From positions 326,326 to 390,325 of the forward strand of contig CALEDQ010000004.1 in assembly GCA_937949615.1 (NCBI GenBank): DNA of 64,000 nt. Direction: 5' to 3'. Under the pieces are notes generated by a model. It worked only from the letters and a program-made list of their open reading frames with translations, had not been told where the DNA came from and did not search any database. Positions 40,466-52,178 of the stretch are shown in pieces. Source of the stretch: an uncultured bacterium. GTDB taxonomy: Bacteria; Muiribacteriota; Ozemobacteria; Ozemobacterales; Ozemobacteraceae. Position numbers and translations under genes: made by a program. Numbering within the stretch: position 1 is the first letter of the stretch; each line of letters starts with the position of its first letter.

Positions 40466-43400
40466 CTACGCAGCCCACTCGGCGCAGAGCATTTCTGCCT
40501 GTGTTAAAACGGTTCTGGTCGCCTCTTCCTGGAGATCCGGTGGGTAACCGTGCTTTTTCAGGATGCGCTTCACCATGACTTTGATCCTGGCTCTGGCACT
40601 TTCACGAACGGTCCAGTCGATCGATACGTTTTTACGCACCTGGGTAACCAGTTCAGCGGCGATGACTTTCAGCTCATCATTCCCCATGGCTTTGACTGCA
40701 CTTTCGTTGGCAGCCAGAGCGTCATAAAAGGCGATTTCATCATCGTTAAGGCCAAGGTCTTCTCCGCGCTTCGTTGCCGCGCTCATATCTCTTGCCAGGT
40801 TTATCAGTTCTTCGATTATTTCCTGGGTTGCGATAGCCCGGTTATGATAGGCATTGAGCGTCTTCTGCAGCATCTCACTGAACTGCCGGCTCAATACCAG
40901 ATTCCGCGTTGACCTGGCCTTGATTTCATCTTTCAATAACTTCGCCAGCAGTTCCGCTGCGACGTTTTTATGCTTGAGGCCGCGCACTTCGTTGAGAAAC
41001 TGATCCGACAGAATCGAAATATCGGGCTTTTTAAGGCCAGCGGCGGCAAAGACATCGATGACGCCTTCGTCAGTCATGATCGCCTGCGACACCAGCTGCC
41101 GCACTGCATGATCGAGTTCTTCCGGGGTCTTCTGTGAGGCAGTGTTTTTGGCAAACTGTGCTTTTATAGCCTGGAAAAATGCCACATCGTCGCGAATTTT
41201 CAGAGCTTCATCCGAGGCAGCACAGAGAGCGAAGGCCCTCGAAAGCTCGGTTATTGTCTTAACAAAGCGCTGCTTGCCGTTTTCCTGCTGCAGAATGTGT
41301 TCCTGACCAGCCGGAAGCAGTGCAAGTTTCTGGGCCGGGGTTCCGCTGACCCAGGCATCCCAGTCGAAACCATGCAGCATATCGCAGGCAATATTATATT
41401 TTTCCAGCATGACGGCGATTGCTTTTTTGGTGTCAATACTGGGCGAGCCCTTACCGCCGCTCTGAGTATAGGTCGCCAGCGCATGTTTGAGCTGATCGGC
41501 AAGACCCAGATAATCAACGATAAGTCCACCCGGTTTATCGCGAAACACGCGGTTCACTCTGGCGATTGCCTGCATAAGGCCATGGCCGCGCATGGGTTTA
41601 TCGGCATACATGGTGTGCAGGCATGGCGCATCAAAGCCGGTCAGCCACATATCACGCACAATGACAATTCTGAACGGGTCTTTGCTGTCTTTGAAACGAT
41701 TAGCCAGAGCCCGGCGACGCAATTTATTACGTATATGCTTCTGCCATTCGGGGCCATCATCGGCACTTCCGGTCATGACGATTTTAACGACGCAGGATTT
41801 CTTTCTTTCGGCCTCAACATCATCTTCCGCATCACCGGCCCAGCCCGGTCGCAATTTAATTATGGCAGCAAAAAGATCGACGCAGATACGGCGGCTCATG
41901 CAGACAATCATGGCTTTCCCGTCCATGGCTTCGAGCCGGCGCTCAAAATGATCGACGATATCGCGGGCAATCAGAGCAATGCGCTTCGGGTCGCCAACCA
42001 GAGCTTCAAGCGCTGCCCACTTCGATTTAAGCTGCTGCTTTTTCTCGTCTTCTTCGCCTTCGGTGATCTCTTCGAACTCTTCGTCGATATGCGGCAGCTC
42101 GGCAGCGTTCAGTGAAAGCTTTGCAATACGGCTTTCATAATAGATCGGCACGGTCGCGCCATCGGCGACTGCGCGTTGAATATCGTAGATACTTATGTAA
42201 TCACCAAATATCGCCCGGGTATTGGCATCGGTCTGCTCGATCGGCGTGCCGGTGAATCCGATAAAAGAAGCGTTGGGAAGGGCGTCGCGCATGTTGCGAG
42301 CCAGGCCGTCTATCAGGTCATACTGACTTCTGTGCGCTTCATCAGCAATAACAACGATATTCTGCCGATCTGAAAGCAAATTTACTCTGCTGCCGCGTTC
42401 TTCCGGCATGAATTTCTGGATCGTTGTAAAAATTACCCCGCCGCTGGCGACTTTTAATAAAGTTCTCAAATGCTCGACCGACTCGGCCTGAACCGGCATC
42501 TGATGCAATATTTCATGGCAGCGCTGAAACTGCCCGAACAGCTGGTCATCGAGGTCGTTTCGATCAGTCAGCACTACGATAGTAGGGTTCTGCATCGCAG
42601 GGTGTCTTACGATTCTGGCGGCATAGAACAGCATGGAAAAGCTTTTTCCTGAGCCCTGGGTATGCCAGACAACCCCGGCCCGTCGGTCGCCCTTTTTGCC
42701 GCTCTGCATCGGCCCGGCCCAGTAAGTACCGGAATCCTCCCTGAAGGTGTTATCAATCATATTGCTGGCCCTGATCGTTTCCTGCACCGCCATGTTAACG
42801 GCATGAAACTGATGATACCCGGCAATGATCTTATTCAACCGGTCACTGTCAGTATCTTCTTCGAAAACGATAAAATGCTGCAGCAGGTCCAGGAAACGCT
42901 GTTTTTCAAAGACTTCTCTGATCATCGTTTCAAGTTCGAGCGAAATTTGCTGCGCTTCGACATCTTCTCCGACCGACCGCCAGACTTTAAACCATTCCTG
43001 CGACGCAGACAGTGAACCGATACGCGCCTGCAGGCCATCAGAAACCACAAGCACTTCGTTATAATTCATCAGTGAGCTGATCTGCGCCTTATAAGTCTGC
43101 AGCTGTTGATACGCAGACCAGATCGTAGCGTTCTCGTCAGCGGCGTTCTTGAGTTCGATAACACCCAAAGGCAGGCCATTCAGGAAAATAACTATGTCAG
43201 GTCGCCGGTTATGTTGCCCTTCAGTCACTGTGAACTGGTTCATTGCCAGCCAGTCATTGGCATCTGGTTTATCGAAAGAGACAAGCCTGACACGATCCCC
43301 GGCGATACTGCCGTCAGGTCGTTTATACTCGACTTCGACACCATTGCGCAGCATGCCGTGAAAACGTCTGTTATTCTGCAGTAACGACGGGCTGACCTGG

Positions 43401-43624
43401 TGGCAGACTTTGCTGAAGGCATCTTCTCGCGCCGCCGCCGGAATCCTAGGATTCAGCCGTTCTATTGCATTCCGCAGCCGATCATAAAGAATGACATCTT
43501 TGTAAGAGTCTCTTTCGGCCCCCGGTTCGCCGGGAGCGCATTCCGGGCCGTATGCTGTCGGATAACCAAGCTCTGAGAGCCAGGTCATTGCTGCCTGTTC
43601 AACTGTTGATTCGTTAAATGTCAT
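40466..43624 (-). CDS. hsdR: Type I restriction enzyme R subunit (HsdR)
   Basis: N-terminal [23 protein letters not shown]2 helicase motifs ([15 protein letters not shown]). Large size (1052 aa). Confidence 0.9.
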   Translation of the reverse strand: MTFNESTVEQAAMTWLSELGYPTAYGPECAPGEPGAERDSYKDVILYDRLRNAIERLNPRIPAAAREDAFSKVCHQVSPSLLQNNRRFHGMLRNGVEVEYKRPDGSIAGDRVRLVSFDKPDANDWLAMNQFTVTEGQHNRRPDIVIFLNGLPLGVIELKNAADENATIWSAYQQLQTYKAQISSLMNYNEVLVVSDGLQARIGSLSASQEWFKVWRSVGEDVEAQQISLELETMIREVFEKQRFLDLLQHFIVFEEDTDSDRLNKIIAGYHQFHAVNMAVQETIRASNMIDNTFREDSGTYWAGPMQSGKKGDRRAGVVWHTQGSGKSFSMLFYAARIVRHPAMQNPTIVVLTDRNDLDDQLFGQFQRCHEILHQMPVQAESVEHLRTLLKVASGGVIFTTIQKFMPEERGSRVNLLSDRQNIVVIADEAHRSQYDLIDGLARNMRDALPNASFIGFTGTPIEQTDANTRAIFGDYISIYDIQRAVADGATVPIYYESRIAKLSLNAAELPHIDEEFEEITEGEEDEKKQQLKSKWAALEALVGDPKRIALIARDIVDHFERRLEAMDGKAMIVCMSRRICVDLFAAIIKLRPGWAGDAEDDVEAERKKSCVVKIVMTGSADDGPEWQKHIRNKLRRRALANRFKDSKDPFRIVIVRDMWLTGFDAPCLHTMYADKPMRGHGLMQAIARVNRVFRDKPGGLIVDYLGLADQLKHALATYTQSGGKGSPSIDTKKAIAVMLEKYNIACDMLHGFDWDAWVSGTPAQKLALLPAGQEHILQQENGKQRFVKTITELSRAFALCAASDEALKIRDDVAFFQAIKAQFAKNTASQKTPEELDHAVRQLVSQAIMTDEGVIDVFAAAGLKKPDISILSDQFLNEVRGLKHKNVAAELLAKLLKDEIKARSTRNLVLSRQFSEMLQKTLNAYHNRAIATQEIIEELINLARDMSAATKRGEDLGLNDDEIAFYDALAANESAVKAMGNDELKVIAAELVTQVRKNVSIDWTVRESARARIKVMVKRILKKHGYPPDLQEEATRTVLTQAEMLCAEWAA

Positions 43625-43664
43625 GTTATGCTTCCAAAGCGCAGTAATAACAGGTTTTTTCCGG

Positions 43665-43749
43665 CAAATGTTCGGAGCTCGACGACAAATGTACAGAGCT
43701 CGAAGCTAAATGTGCGGAGTTCGAGAACAAATGTTCAGAGCTCTGTTCG
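43665..43749. repeat. Four tandem imperfect 21-22-bp direct repeats (cAAATGTnCrGAGyTCGAnnn) in the hsdR upstream region
   Basis: caaatgttcggagctcgacga / caaatgtacagagctcgaagct / aaatgtgcggagttcgagaa / caaatgttcagagctctgttcg, lying between hsdR and the GIY-YIG gene. Confidence 0.7.
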
Positions 43750-43777
43750 TAATATTTTGATGTTGTCGTCATAACAT

Positions 43778-44629
43778 TCATTCCTGGGCCTGGGCTTCCT
43801 GAATTTCTTTGAGCGTTTTACCGTTCTTGGTTTTCCATGCAGTGCGCCCATTGGCAGAACGGCCCAGAACTACTCCGGCAGCGGTTGATGGTGAGTTGAA
43901 CAGATAATCCTGAGTGAAGACGTAATCATCGCCAGCAGCTTTCAACACACCATTTTCAACTAAAACTGCCCGCAAAAGCTTTATATAATGACCGCAAGAC
44001 GGTGATTCAGCTTTCGAAGATCCGCTGTCAGACTTTACTACGAAACCATCTGAAGTTTCCTGGCCCTCGGCCTTTATGCCCTTTCCTGACAGATAAAGAG
44101 TTTTACCGCTTTGAGGTGAGCTTGCGGCTGCGGAAAACACACTCAGACCCAACAACGGACAGCACAGCAGAATCTCAGACAGAAAACCCTCGGCATCAGC
44201 AGCGTCAGCTTCTGACAGTGAAGGCAAAGTCGGAACATTGCCGTTATCGAGCAGGCATCTTTTTGCTTTGGTTGCCAGTTCAACCAGGCGTGACTCCAGA
44301 AACTGAACATGGGCCTTGTTGAGATTTTCGTCTTTACTGGTAAAGGCGATGCAGCTGGTCCAGAAGTCTTTTTTGGCCGCGTGCTGTTCAAGTCTGGGCT
44401 TTATCGGGTCGCCTTCGCCGACGTAAATGCGCTGTAAACTGGACTCTTCGGCCGGGCCGACCAGAATATAAACCCCGGTGCGCGAAACTTCACGGCGCTG
44501 CCGGGCTTCCACCATCAGGGCCCTGGGAATAACAATTCCCGCCCCGCTCCAGTTCGATTTCTCGATAGTGCGCAATCCGTCAGGATCACCACCTGGCAGA
44601 AATATCTTGATTGAATACGGTCTTTTCAT
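43778..44629 (-). CDS. GIY-YIG nuclease-family protein with a DUF4357-like C-terminal region, embedded between hsdS and hsdR
   Basis: GVYILVG-x11-YVGEG is a GIY-YIG motif. Conserved HAAKKDFW. Start overlaps the hsdS stop. Confidence 0.65.
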   Translation of the reverse strand: MKRPYSIKIFLPGGDPDGLRTIEKSNWSGAGIVIPRALMVEARQRREVSRTGVYILVGPAEESSLQRIYVGEGDPIKPRLEQHAAKKDFWTSCIAFTSKDENLNKAHVQFLESRLVELATKAKRCLLDNGNVPTLPSLSEADAADAEGFLSEILLCCPLLGLSVFSAAASSPQSGKTLYLSGKGIKAEGQETSDGFVVKSDSGSSKAESPSCGHYIKLLRAVLVENGVLKAAGDDYVFTQDYLFNSPSTAAGVVLGRSANGRTAWKTKNGKTLKEIQEAQAQE

Positions 44630-45975
44630 ACGCCAGCCACCTCTTTCATGGCCTCGGGCACGCTCAACTCACCACTCAGCAACTTCGGCAACAGCGTATC
44701 GCGCAGGTTGGCGAGGGTGCAGGATTCTTTGCGGAGTTGGAGACACTCCCTCAGAAGCGGCTGGACTACGCGCTCAAAGCCTTCAAGGATTCCATCCGGC
44801 GGCTGCAAAATCGAAATTTGGCGAAGGTGCATAGGGCCGAAGTTCAATTGCACGCTACCCGCCGCCAACGCGAACATTTCAGCAAGGAAGTATTCCGACT
44901 GAAGGAAGCCCCAGACATACCCAAGGCCAACAGCGCCAAACCCGCGCATCCGAATAATCGACGTGTTGAGCATGACGGGCAGATGGTCAGCACGAACGAT
45001 GGCAAGGCGCCCGAGTGTCCCGGAGGTGGAAATCACTATGTCATCCGTTTGCAGCGCAAAGTGTCTGTATGTCTTTTCGAACTCCTCAAGGCTGATGCAG
45101 TTCGCTTTCGCAATGTCCAAGTCGCCGTCTACGATACAACGGATATTGAGGAACTTCATTCCTTCGTCGCGGTATTGCCAATTCCTCAACCCGGGCCCCT
45201 CTAGGAAGTCTATGGCTTCGGGCAATCCAATGACCTTCCATCCCTTCGGAATGTGTCCGAGCGGTGAGTCTTCCAAGTGCTCGGGGAAGAGGGCGGCAGT
45301 GGCGGCGTCCATGCCCGCGGGCTGGCGACCGTCGAGTTTGGCCCTGACCGGGTCGAAATCGACAAACCAGCTCTTGAACAACGCCCGCGCCATCGCTTCA
45401 AGCGTCACATTCATCTTCCGGTTAAGCTCGATCTTATCATCCAGCGTCCCCAGCACATGCGCAATCGCCTTCTGCTCTGTAAAAGTTGGCAACTCAATTG
45501 GGGCACCGAGAATCTGAGAAGGCGAGAGATTTGCTTGACCTCCTGAGCTTGTAGCAATCGCGATGAATTCGTTCTGGTAGAACTGAGAACTTAGTGAAAA
45601 CGCGAAGAATCTCGAATAAATCTCAGCTCCCCTCTTCGGACGTAGAATTCCAACACGTTGATTAAGCAGAAATGGTCCGTCCTCATTAAATTGTGCAACC
45701 TTACCAACCCAAGTGTCGGGAGAACCGTCGAAGCGATTACCCGACATTGTGATTAACAAGTCGCCCTTTTGAACTATCTTATCGCTGCGGGTTTTTAGGA
45801 AATCAGCAGAAACATAGCTCAAGTCATCCAAGAGCATCCGGTTGGCTTTTACGTTCTTGATTTTGATGACGGGAATTCCGTTCTCAAGGAATTCACCGCT
45901 CTTAAATGCATACCCCCCTACCAAGTCAAAGATATCACCAATTCGAGCAGTTTCCCATTCAGCCGCCATAACCAA
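44626..45975 (-). CDS. hsdS: Type I RM specificity subunit (HsdS) with two target-recognition domains
   Basis: Two TRD halves plus conserved coiled-coil regions ([25 protein letters not shown]; [14 protein letters not shown]). Overlaps hsdM. Confidence 0.85.
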   Translation of the reverse strand: MVMAAEWETARIGDIFDLVGGYAFKSGEFLENGIPVIKIKNVKANRMLLDDLSYVSADFLKTRSDKIVQKGDLLITMSGNRFDGSPDTWVGKVAQFNEDGPFLLNQRVGILRPKRGAEIYSRFFAFSLSSQFYQNEFIAIATSSGGQANLSPSQILGAPIELPTFTEQKAIAHVLGTLDDKIELNRKMNVTLEAMARALFKSWFVDFDPVRAKLDGRQPAGMDAATAALFPEHLEDSPLGHIPKGWKVIGLPEAIDFLEGPGLRNWQYRDEGMKFLNIRCIVDGDLDIAKANCISLEEFEKTYRHFALQTDDIVISTSGTLGRLAIVRADHLPVMLNTSIIRMRGFGAVGLGYVWGFLQSEYFLAEMFALAAGSVQLNFGPMHLRQISILQPPDGILEGFERVVQPLLRECLQLRKESCTLANLRDTLLPKLLSGELSVPEAMKEVAGV

Positions 45976-47530
45976 GGCCTTTCAGATTTTTGCGAATTTC
46001 GGCTTCGAGCTTTGCAGACTCTGAGAACTGGGTGTTCAGTTCGGTGACGAGGCGGGTCATCTTTTCTTCGAAGGGTTCGTCGTCGGCTTCGACTTCTTCG
46101 GCACCGACGTAGCGGCCCGGTGTCAGCACGTAGCCATGACCGGCTATTTCGTCTGTTTTGGACGACTTGCAGAATCCGGCGATGTCTTCATATTTGCTGG
46201 CAGCTTTTTCGCCTCTCCAGGCCTGGTAGGTCAATACGATTTTCTTAATATCTTCGTCGGTAAGTTCGCGATGAACGCGGTCGACCAGCATACCCATCTT
46301 GCGGGCATCGATAAACAGAGTTTCACGATTTCTGCTGCGATAATGGCCGTTATTTTTATTTTTTGTCAAAAACCACAGACATACCGGAATCTGCGTGCTG
46401 TAAAACAGCTGGCCGGGTAACGCTACCATGCAGTCGACGAGATCTGCTTCGACAATAGCTTTCCTGATATCGCCTTCGCCAGACTGATTCGATGACATGC
46501 TGCCATTAGCCAGAACGAAGCCTGCCATTCCATCAGGAGCCAGGTGATGAATAAAATGCTGCACCCAGGCATAGTTGGCGTTGCCTTTCGGCGGTGTGCC
46601 ATATTTCCAGCGCACATCGTCATCGACGCGGTGCCAGTCTGAATCATTGAAAGGCGGATTTGCCAGCACGAACTGCGCCTTGAGATCTTTATGCAGATCG
46701 CGCCTGAAAGTATCGGCGTGTTCCGGGCCAAAATCGGCTTCGATACCACGAATTGCCAGGTTCATGATCGCCAGGCGCCGGGTGGTAGCGTTGCTTTCCT
46801 GACCGTAGATGCTGATATCGCCAATGCGACCACCGTGTTCGACGACGAACTTTTCCGACTGCACAAACATGCCGCCTGAACCACAGCAGGGGTCATATAC
46901 GCGGCCCTTGTAAGGCCCGAGCATTTCTACGAGCAGCCTGACAATACATGACGGGGTATAGAACTGGCCGCCGTTCTTGCCTTCGGCACTGGCAAACTGG
47001 GTAATAAAATATTCATATACGCGCCCGAGCACGTCTTTTGCACGATTCGCAGCATCACCGAGGCCGATAGTGCCAATAAGATCGATCAGCTCGCCGAGCC
47101 GGTGTTTGTCGAGGGCAGGACGGGCATAATCTTTTGGCAGCACGCCTTTCAATCTCGGGTTGTCACGCTCGATGGCTACCATGGCATCATCGACAGTTTT
47201 TCCGATTGTTGGCTGTTTGGCGTTGGCCTGCAGGTGTGACCAGCGGGCTTCTTTCGGCACCCAGAAAACATTTTCGGCGCGATATTCGTCGGCATCTTCC
47301 GGATCGGCACCAGCATAATCGCCTTCGCCGGCAAGCAGCTTCGCGCGCATTTCCTCGAATGAGTCTGAGATATACTTCAAAAATATCAGACCGAGCACGA
47401 CGTGCTTGTATTCAGCCGCATCCATGTTGTTGCGCAGTTTGTCTGCAGCCAGCCAGAGCTTGGCCTCAAAACCGATATTTGCCGTAGATTCCCCGTTTGC
47501 TGCTTTTGCCTGTTTTTTTGCCATGACCAT
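45959..47530 (-). CDS. hsdM: Type I RM DNA methyltransferase subunit (HsdM, N6-adenine)
   Basis: FYTP motif. [11 protein letters not shown] is an AdoMet-binding motif. LANPPFN is the catalytic NPPF motif. Confidence 0.9.
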   Translation of the reverse strand: MVMAKKQAKAANGESTANIGFEAKLWLAADKLRNNMDAAEYKHVVLGLIFLKYISDSFEEMRAKLLAGEGDYAGADPEDADEYRAENVFWVPKEARWSHLQANAKQPTIGKTVDDAMVAIERDNPRLKGVLPKDYARPALDKHRLGELIDLIGTIGLGDAANRAKDVLGRVYEYFITQFASAEGKNGGQFYTPSCIVRLLVEMLGPYKGRVYDPCCGSGGMFVQSEKFVVEHGGRIGDISIYGQESNATTRRLAIMNLAIRGIEADFGPEHADTFRRDLHKDLKAQFVLANPPFNDSDWHRVDDDVRWKYGTPPKGNANYAWVQHFIHHLAPDGMAGFVLANGSMSSNQSGEGDIRKAIVEADLVDCMVALPGQLFYSTQIPVCLWFLTKNKNNGHYRSRNRETLFIDARKMGMLVDRVHRELTDEDIKKIVLTYQAWRGEKAASKYEDIAGFCKSSKTDEIAGHGYVLTPGRYVGAEEVEADDEPFEEKMTRLVTELNTQFSESAKLEAEIRKNLKGLGYGG

Positions 47531-47761
47531 TCCTGTTCTGTGAGCACGAAGACACCCTCAGCATGGCATCTCCCGTGCCAACCCCGTGTACGATTTTTTA
47601 TATCTGCATTGTACCAGCACATATTCAAGGCTGCAAGTTTTGTTTCCCCGGACCCAGCGTTGAATCTGCGGCATATATCTTTCGTGGCCTTTGTTCGCCG
47701 TGCTTTGTTCTGGTATTATATAATTCACAGACCGAATATTCAGAGAGACTGAACTGCAGCA

Positions 47762-48175
47762 ATGAAGCTTATAAACATTGAAAAAGACAACTGGTATGGC
47801 TGGCAGATGTTGCCAGGTTATACCGGTGAACATTGCATTCCGTATTTTTCACCCATATTCGTTACAGATTTTAAAGCCCACAAAAGCGGGAAAGGGCTTT
47901 TCAGGATTGAATTTTTAAACGCGACTTACGAAGAAGGCGTAAGCGATTTCTCTGTAGAAATGAGAGTGCTGAAGCGGGCAAAAGATTATCTGGTAGGTGA
48001 AATCGTTGAAGATCATGGCGTCAGTTCTGCCAGATGCGCCATCATCAGTAGCATCGAAGCCGAATGGTTGCGACGATTCTGCCCGGAACTGGTCACCCGA
48101 CACCCGCAGCTGACCAACTCAGATCTGGATTCAGAAAAACTCGCTCAGTATCTGAACGAAGCCCTCGTGCCGTAA
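47762..48175 (+). CDS. Hypothetical protein (island cargo)
   Basis: 137-aa ORF followed by a terminator. No motif. Confidence 0.4.
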   Translation: MKLINIEKDNWYGWQMLPGYTGEHCIPYFSPIFVTDFKAHKSGKGLFRIEFLNATYEEGVSDFSVEMRVLKRAKDYLVGEIVEDHGVSSARCAIISSIEAEWLRRFCPELVTRHPQLTNSDLDSEKLAQYLNEALVP

Positions 48176-48192
48176 TTTATAATAAAAAAATA

Positions 48193-48222
48193 ACGGGCCA
48201 GATAAGGCCCGCTGTTTTTGCA
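48193..48222 (+). terminator. Rho-independent terminator
   Basis: CGGGCC-agataa-GGCCCG followed by CTGTTTTT. Confidence 0.7.
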
Positions 48223-48303
48223 ATTCTGATGCCTGAAGAATACCCAACTAAACATTGGTATGATTTCTTATGGTTTCCTCTTTTCGTGTGTCGTCAAGCA
48301 ATG

Positions 48304-48549
48304 TTATTTTTTTAGGTTGGCGATCGCTGACAACATGCCAGCAAGCGTTAGGCCTCCAAGGATCATTATGCCTTTTCCATCCCCGCCATCACCAACTTGT
48401 ACAGAGTAATTTCCATTATTATCAGAGCTGCTGTAAATTGGCCGATTGTCTGAGGTAAACCCCTCAAAATTCTGTGCAAAAACCTGACCGGAAAAGAAAC
48501 AAAGGAACACTAAGCAGATAAACACAGAAAGAAAAGACTTGTTATTCAT
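48304..48549 (-). CDS. Small secreted or membrane-anchored protein
   Basis: Signal peptide MNNKSFLSVFICLVFLCFFSGQVFA. Hydrophobic C-terminus. Confidence 0.4.
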   Translation of the reverse strand: MNNKSFLSVFICLVFLCFFSGQVFAQNFEGFTSDNRPIYSSSDNNGNYSVQVGDGGDGKGIMILGGLTLAGMLSAIANLKK

Positions 48550-48908
48550 ATATCCTCCCCCGTCGTCTTTTGACTCGCATCAGCAAACTAGCAAGCTATA
48601 TGCCAACTAAAAAACTTCACTGATTATAAAAGGAAATGCAATCAAAATCAGTTCTTAAAGGGAAGGATTCTCTAGTTTCGCGTTAGAAATATTTTGCGGG
48701 CTAGGAAAATTTCCGCACCCATGAGGTGCAGTTACCACATCCGAATAAAAATTACAGTCCGCATAATCATCTATGATGGAGCGGGGGATTGAATTGTCAG
48801 ACGAATAATTTGTATGTAATGCCGCGTCGTTTCAATCAATTTTTCACCTCTCTTTGTAACATCACTAAAAAAGCGGGTCTGCACGGACCCGCCGAGCTTC
48901 GGCGTCAG

Positions 48909-49763
48909 TTATTCTTCAACAACTGAAGCCTTTTCGCGCTGATACTGTTCGCAGAATGGCGCGGCAGGGCAGTAGTTTTCGCAACGTATGCTTTTGCCTG
49001 GGCGGAAGACAAGGTGGTGCTTGTCACCGGCGGCTTTGCATGCTGCCTCTGCTTCGGTTTCGTCTTCGAACAGTTTAACTGCAGTCTTGCGGCCTTCTTT
49101 CATGAGGGCGAAGACATTGGCAGTCTGCCAGCGTTCTTCTGCTGAGCATTCGGGTAATTTATCCCGGGCTGCCTGGTGGAGGCGGATGCGTTCGTCGATA
49201 TACTCTTCGCATTTTTCCTCGCTCCAAAGCGGGATTTCGATAGTTACCACGGGCTGAGTCGGGTAGTCTGTGCTGCGCTGAGCCTGGCTTTTACTCCAGT
49301 CGCGCAGTATCACAACGATCTGCAGTTGGTTGACGGCATAACCGTTTTCTCTGAGCAGTGTTGCCAGAATATTCATCTGGGCAATCCACTCTGAGCGTGA
49401 GCCATTCTTAACGGAATAGCACGATGTGACTTTGTAGTCTGTGAGAACGCCGGAAACAGGGTCGAACCTGTCGAACTGGCCGGAGATATTCCAGCCCTGG
49501 CGTTCTATTGTGAGCCGGGTTTCTGTGTCTGCAACGTGTTCTGCACGTTCGAGCACGGCATGGATGGCTTGTCCCCAAAGGCACCACCACATGTCAGCGG
49601 CCTCTAATTCAAGGTCTTTGAAGTGTTGACGTTCAAGTGCAATTTTGCGTGGCGGGCTGATAAGCCTGGTTACGCTGATGTCGCATGGGCCGGAAGTATA
49701 GGGATCATTTCTGATCGCGTTGACGATAGATTCCGGAAGATTGAACTTGTTGGTGATCTGCAT
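48909..49763 (-). CDS. PD-(D/E)XK nuclease-family protein with a Cas4-like four-cysteine cluster (phage recombination exonuclease-like)
   Basis: FDRFD...LTDYK is a (D/E)xK core. Cys residues at GPCD and CENYCPAAPFC (C-x3-C-x5-C). Adjacent to the ERF gene. Confidence 0.55.
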   Translation of the reverse strand: MQITNKFNLPESIVNAIRNDPYTSGPCDISVTRLISPPRKIALERQHFKDLELEAADMWWCLWGQAIHAVLERAEHVADTETRLTIERQGWNISGQFDRFDPVSGVLTDYKVTSCYSVKNGSRSEWIAQMNILATLLRENGYAVNQLQIVVILRDWSKSQAQRSTDYPTQPVVTIEIPLWSEEKCEEYIDERIRLHQAARDKLPECSAEERWQTANVFALMKEGRKTAVKLFEDETEAEAACKAAGDKHHLVFRPGKSIRCENYCPAAPFCEQYQREKASVVEE

Positions 49764-49764
49764 A

Positions 49765-50517
49765 TTATGCGGCCTCCTTGAGTTCGAGTTCTTTGCTGAA
49801 AGCGTTGATGACGGTATCGAGATCTGAGTCTTTGATCTCTGCGGATTCTTTGATGGGCCGGTCGAGGCCGATAAGATTACCGATGACAGCTTTCATGTCA
49901 TCAGGTGTCTGACCGAGTTTGGCAGAGAGATTGAACAGGAGTCTGATCTTCTGCACTCTCTTCTGAGCTTGTTCACCCTTGTTATCGGGTTTCTGAGGGG
50001 CCTTTTCTGCTTTGTCAGCTGATTCCGATTTCGGGGTGCTGCTGACGCGGGTTTTCTTGTGTTCGTCAAGATTGGTTACCTGCGAGGGTTTTGCAGGTTT
50101 CTGGGTATTTTCTTTTACCTGGTTCTTGGGCATTGCTGCCTCTGCGTCATCGTCTTCGTCGGAGACAACGCCAACCAGACTGGCGAGGGAATAGCGTCTG
50201 GCATAGGTAATGGCGCTACCAATAGCCTGAGGGCTGTCTTTTATGATGTTCATAGACAGCTGATCACTGATGAATTCGCCTGATGCGTGAACGAGCATGG
50301 TGGTCACTATCACGCGGTCTTCGATTACTGAAGTTCCCTGAATTACGGCGATCTGATTCTGGGAAAGAGCGGTGCGGCACGCTTCCATGATACTGGCAAG
50401 TGTGGCATATTTGCTTCTGAAGTGCGGGTTCTGGGCGTCGAATGACGCGGGTTTCATTTCTCCCTGGGCTTTAGCAAGGGCTTCTGAAAGTTTTCCGATT
50501 GTTTCACTTCGTTCCAT
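49765..50517 (-). CDS. ERF-family single-strand annealing protein (phage recombinase)
   Basis: NPHFRSKYATLASIMEA...AITYARRYSLASLVGV resembles the Erf superfamily. SD GGAGG before ATG (MERSE). An alternative upstream ATG extends the ORF to 50589. Confidence 0.6.
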   Translation of the reverse strand: MERSETIGKLSEALAKAQGEMKPASFDAQNPHFRSKYATLASIMEACRTALSQNQIAVIQGTSVIEDRVIVTTMLVHASGEFISDQLSMNIIKDSPQAIGSAITYARRYSLASLVGVVSDEDDDAEAAMPKNQVKENTQKPAKPSQVTNLDEHKKTRVSSTPKSESADKAEKAPQKPDNKGEQAQKRVQKIRLLFNLSAKLGQTPDDMKAVIGNLIGLDRPIKESAEIKDSDLDTVINAFSKELELKEAA

Positions 50518-50585
50518 ATTATTTTCCTCCTGAAAGTAAGAAGGGGAGCAGCTTTTGATGGCCACTCCCCGGGTTACGGTAAGTT

Positions 50586-51606
50586 TCATGCAGCATGAGC
50601 GATATATTCCGCTGCTGCGTCTTCGAGCTGTTTACGGTCTTCTGGTATGAGACCGAGCTGTTCGTGTGTTTCAAAATCTGTAATTGCCTGGGCAACGCCG
50701 AACATGGTGTCATGCGGTTCCTTGTTGTAGGCGAGCATGAAAGGCTCTACAAGTTTGGCAGGCATGTGAGCCCGCTTAATAATTGCTTCGATGGCAAGCT
50801 GGGGATTGGCGATACGCTTTTCCTGCGACTGCCTGAGGTTGTTCACTGCAATGCTGAGCCTTTCGGGCACATGCTGCAGGACATGGGAAATCTGATTCCA
50901 GAGATCTGCTTCTGGGCGGCCACTATGGCGACGTCTGAGAAGAGTAGCGCCTGCAATCGGCGCTGTTAGCCCGTTTGAACAAATCAGCCTTGCAAGACAA
51001 AGGCTAATACTGAGGCTGGCATAACCAACCCCTGAGTTCTGAATGAAAATACCACCCCAGATAGTGCCAACGGCAGAGCTGCCGTGGTTATCGATGGGGT
51101 CGCCGATCCTGATTGAGTAGGATACGGTTTTGTCGGTGAAGTTTGCTCTGATCACTGGGATCTGAGATTCGCTCTGTTGAAGCGAATGAAGTATCAGGCT
51201 GCTGAGCATAGCGTCTGATACCGGACTGTAGGTAGGGCTGACGAATGCTTTGAGGGTTCCGTCAGCATTGGCTTGTGTAAGGTCGGTCAGTCTGAGTTTG
51301 ATCTGACCGGTGGCGCGGCTGAAGCGCCTGTTAAGTTCGTATGCTTTTTCGTCATTGCTGGCATTTTCGAACCAGCGGTCGAAGCGGCAGCCGAGAAGAT
51401 TTGCTATCTGTCTGCGGCTCCAGGGGGTGAGGGCGTAGTTGCCTTCACTGGGAACAACGATGTTGAGATCGTCGTTCATTTTAAGATCTGAGAGATTCGT
51501 GATTATATCGGGTATGTCGTGTGATTCCACGGTGCCGATATGGTCTGCAAGGGTCTGCAGGGTCATAGGTCTGTTGTCTTTCAATGTGTTGAAAGTGAGT
51601 AACATA
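50586..51606 (-). CDS. Hypothetical phage/island protein (~340 aa; an upstream in-frame extension to 51761 is possible)
   Basis: SD AAGGAGA before ATG (MLLTF). Stop overlaps the ERF region. No confident family assignment; possibly DUF932-like. Confidence 0.4.
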
Positions 51607-51834
51607 AGAATATTCTCCTTGGAAATGGTTAAATAGCGCCATCTGGCGCAGTTGTGATTGGGTAGGCGTAAAAATGCCTGGGTGACGCGATATTTGCGTC
51701 TGGTAATTGGCACAGATCTGTGCCGGGAGTCACTGAACAGCCAGTGGCGAGCTTTTCGCACGTGCGCGAATTTTTACAGCTAAATTTTCTGCTGTGAGAA
51801 ATTGTTCAATAGATCCATTTTCTGCTGAGTTTCA

Positions 51835-51957
51835 GTCTTCTGAGCGCGGTTCTGAGCTTGTCGGGACTTTCTCTTCACGTTTTTTGAGCCTGTCTACGGT
51901 TTCTACGAGCGTGGTCGCAATTGTGATGATATCTTTGAGCGTCTGAATCATGGTCAT
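51835..51957 (-). CDS. Small ORF (40 aa) with a strong RBS
   Basis: GGAGAAAAAGG upstream of ATG. MTMIQTLKDIITIATTLVETVDRLKK...; not in the ORF track because it is under 60 aa. Confidence 0.3.
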
Positions 51958-52178
51958 AAGCCTTTTTCTCCTTTGAAAAATAGGATTTAAAGCGAGGTCA
52001 TCGCTTCTACAGGGCTTATAACGCGAAATAATTATTTTTTTTACGACTCAAAACCTTTTCCAGAGAAGAGCTTCTCAAAAAATATTTTGAAATTTCACAG
52101 GAAAATCCTTGACTAATCGGCTTTGCATTCCTATAGATTCGATAACAATTTTTTAAAATCTTTATCAGGAGCCAGTTT

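Noticed and set aside
43665-43749. Possible CRISPR array
   Set aside because: Only four short (21-22 bp) imperfect repeats with no spacers of regular length and no cas genes nearby. More consistent with iteron or regulatory repeats.
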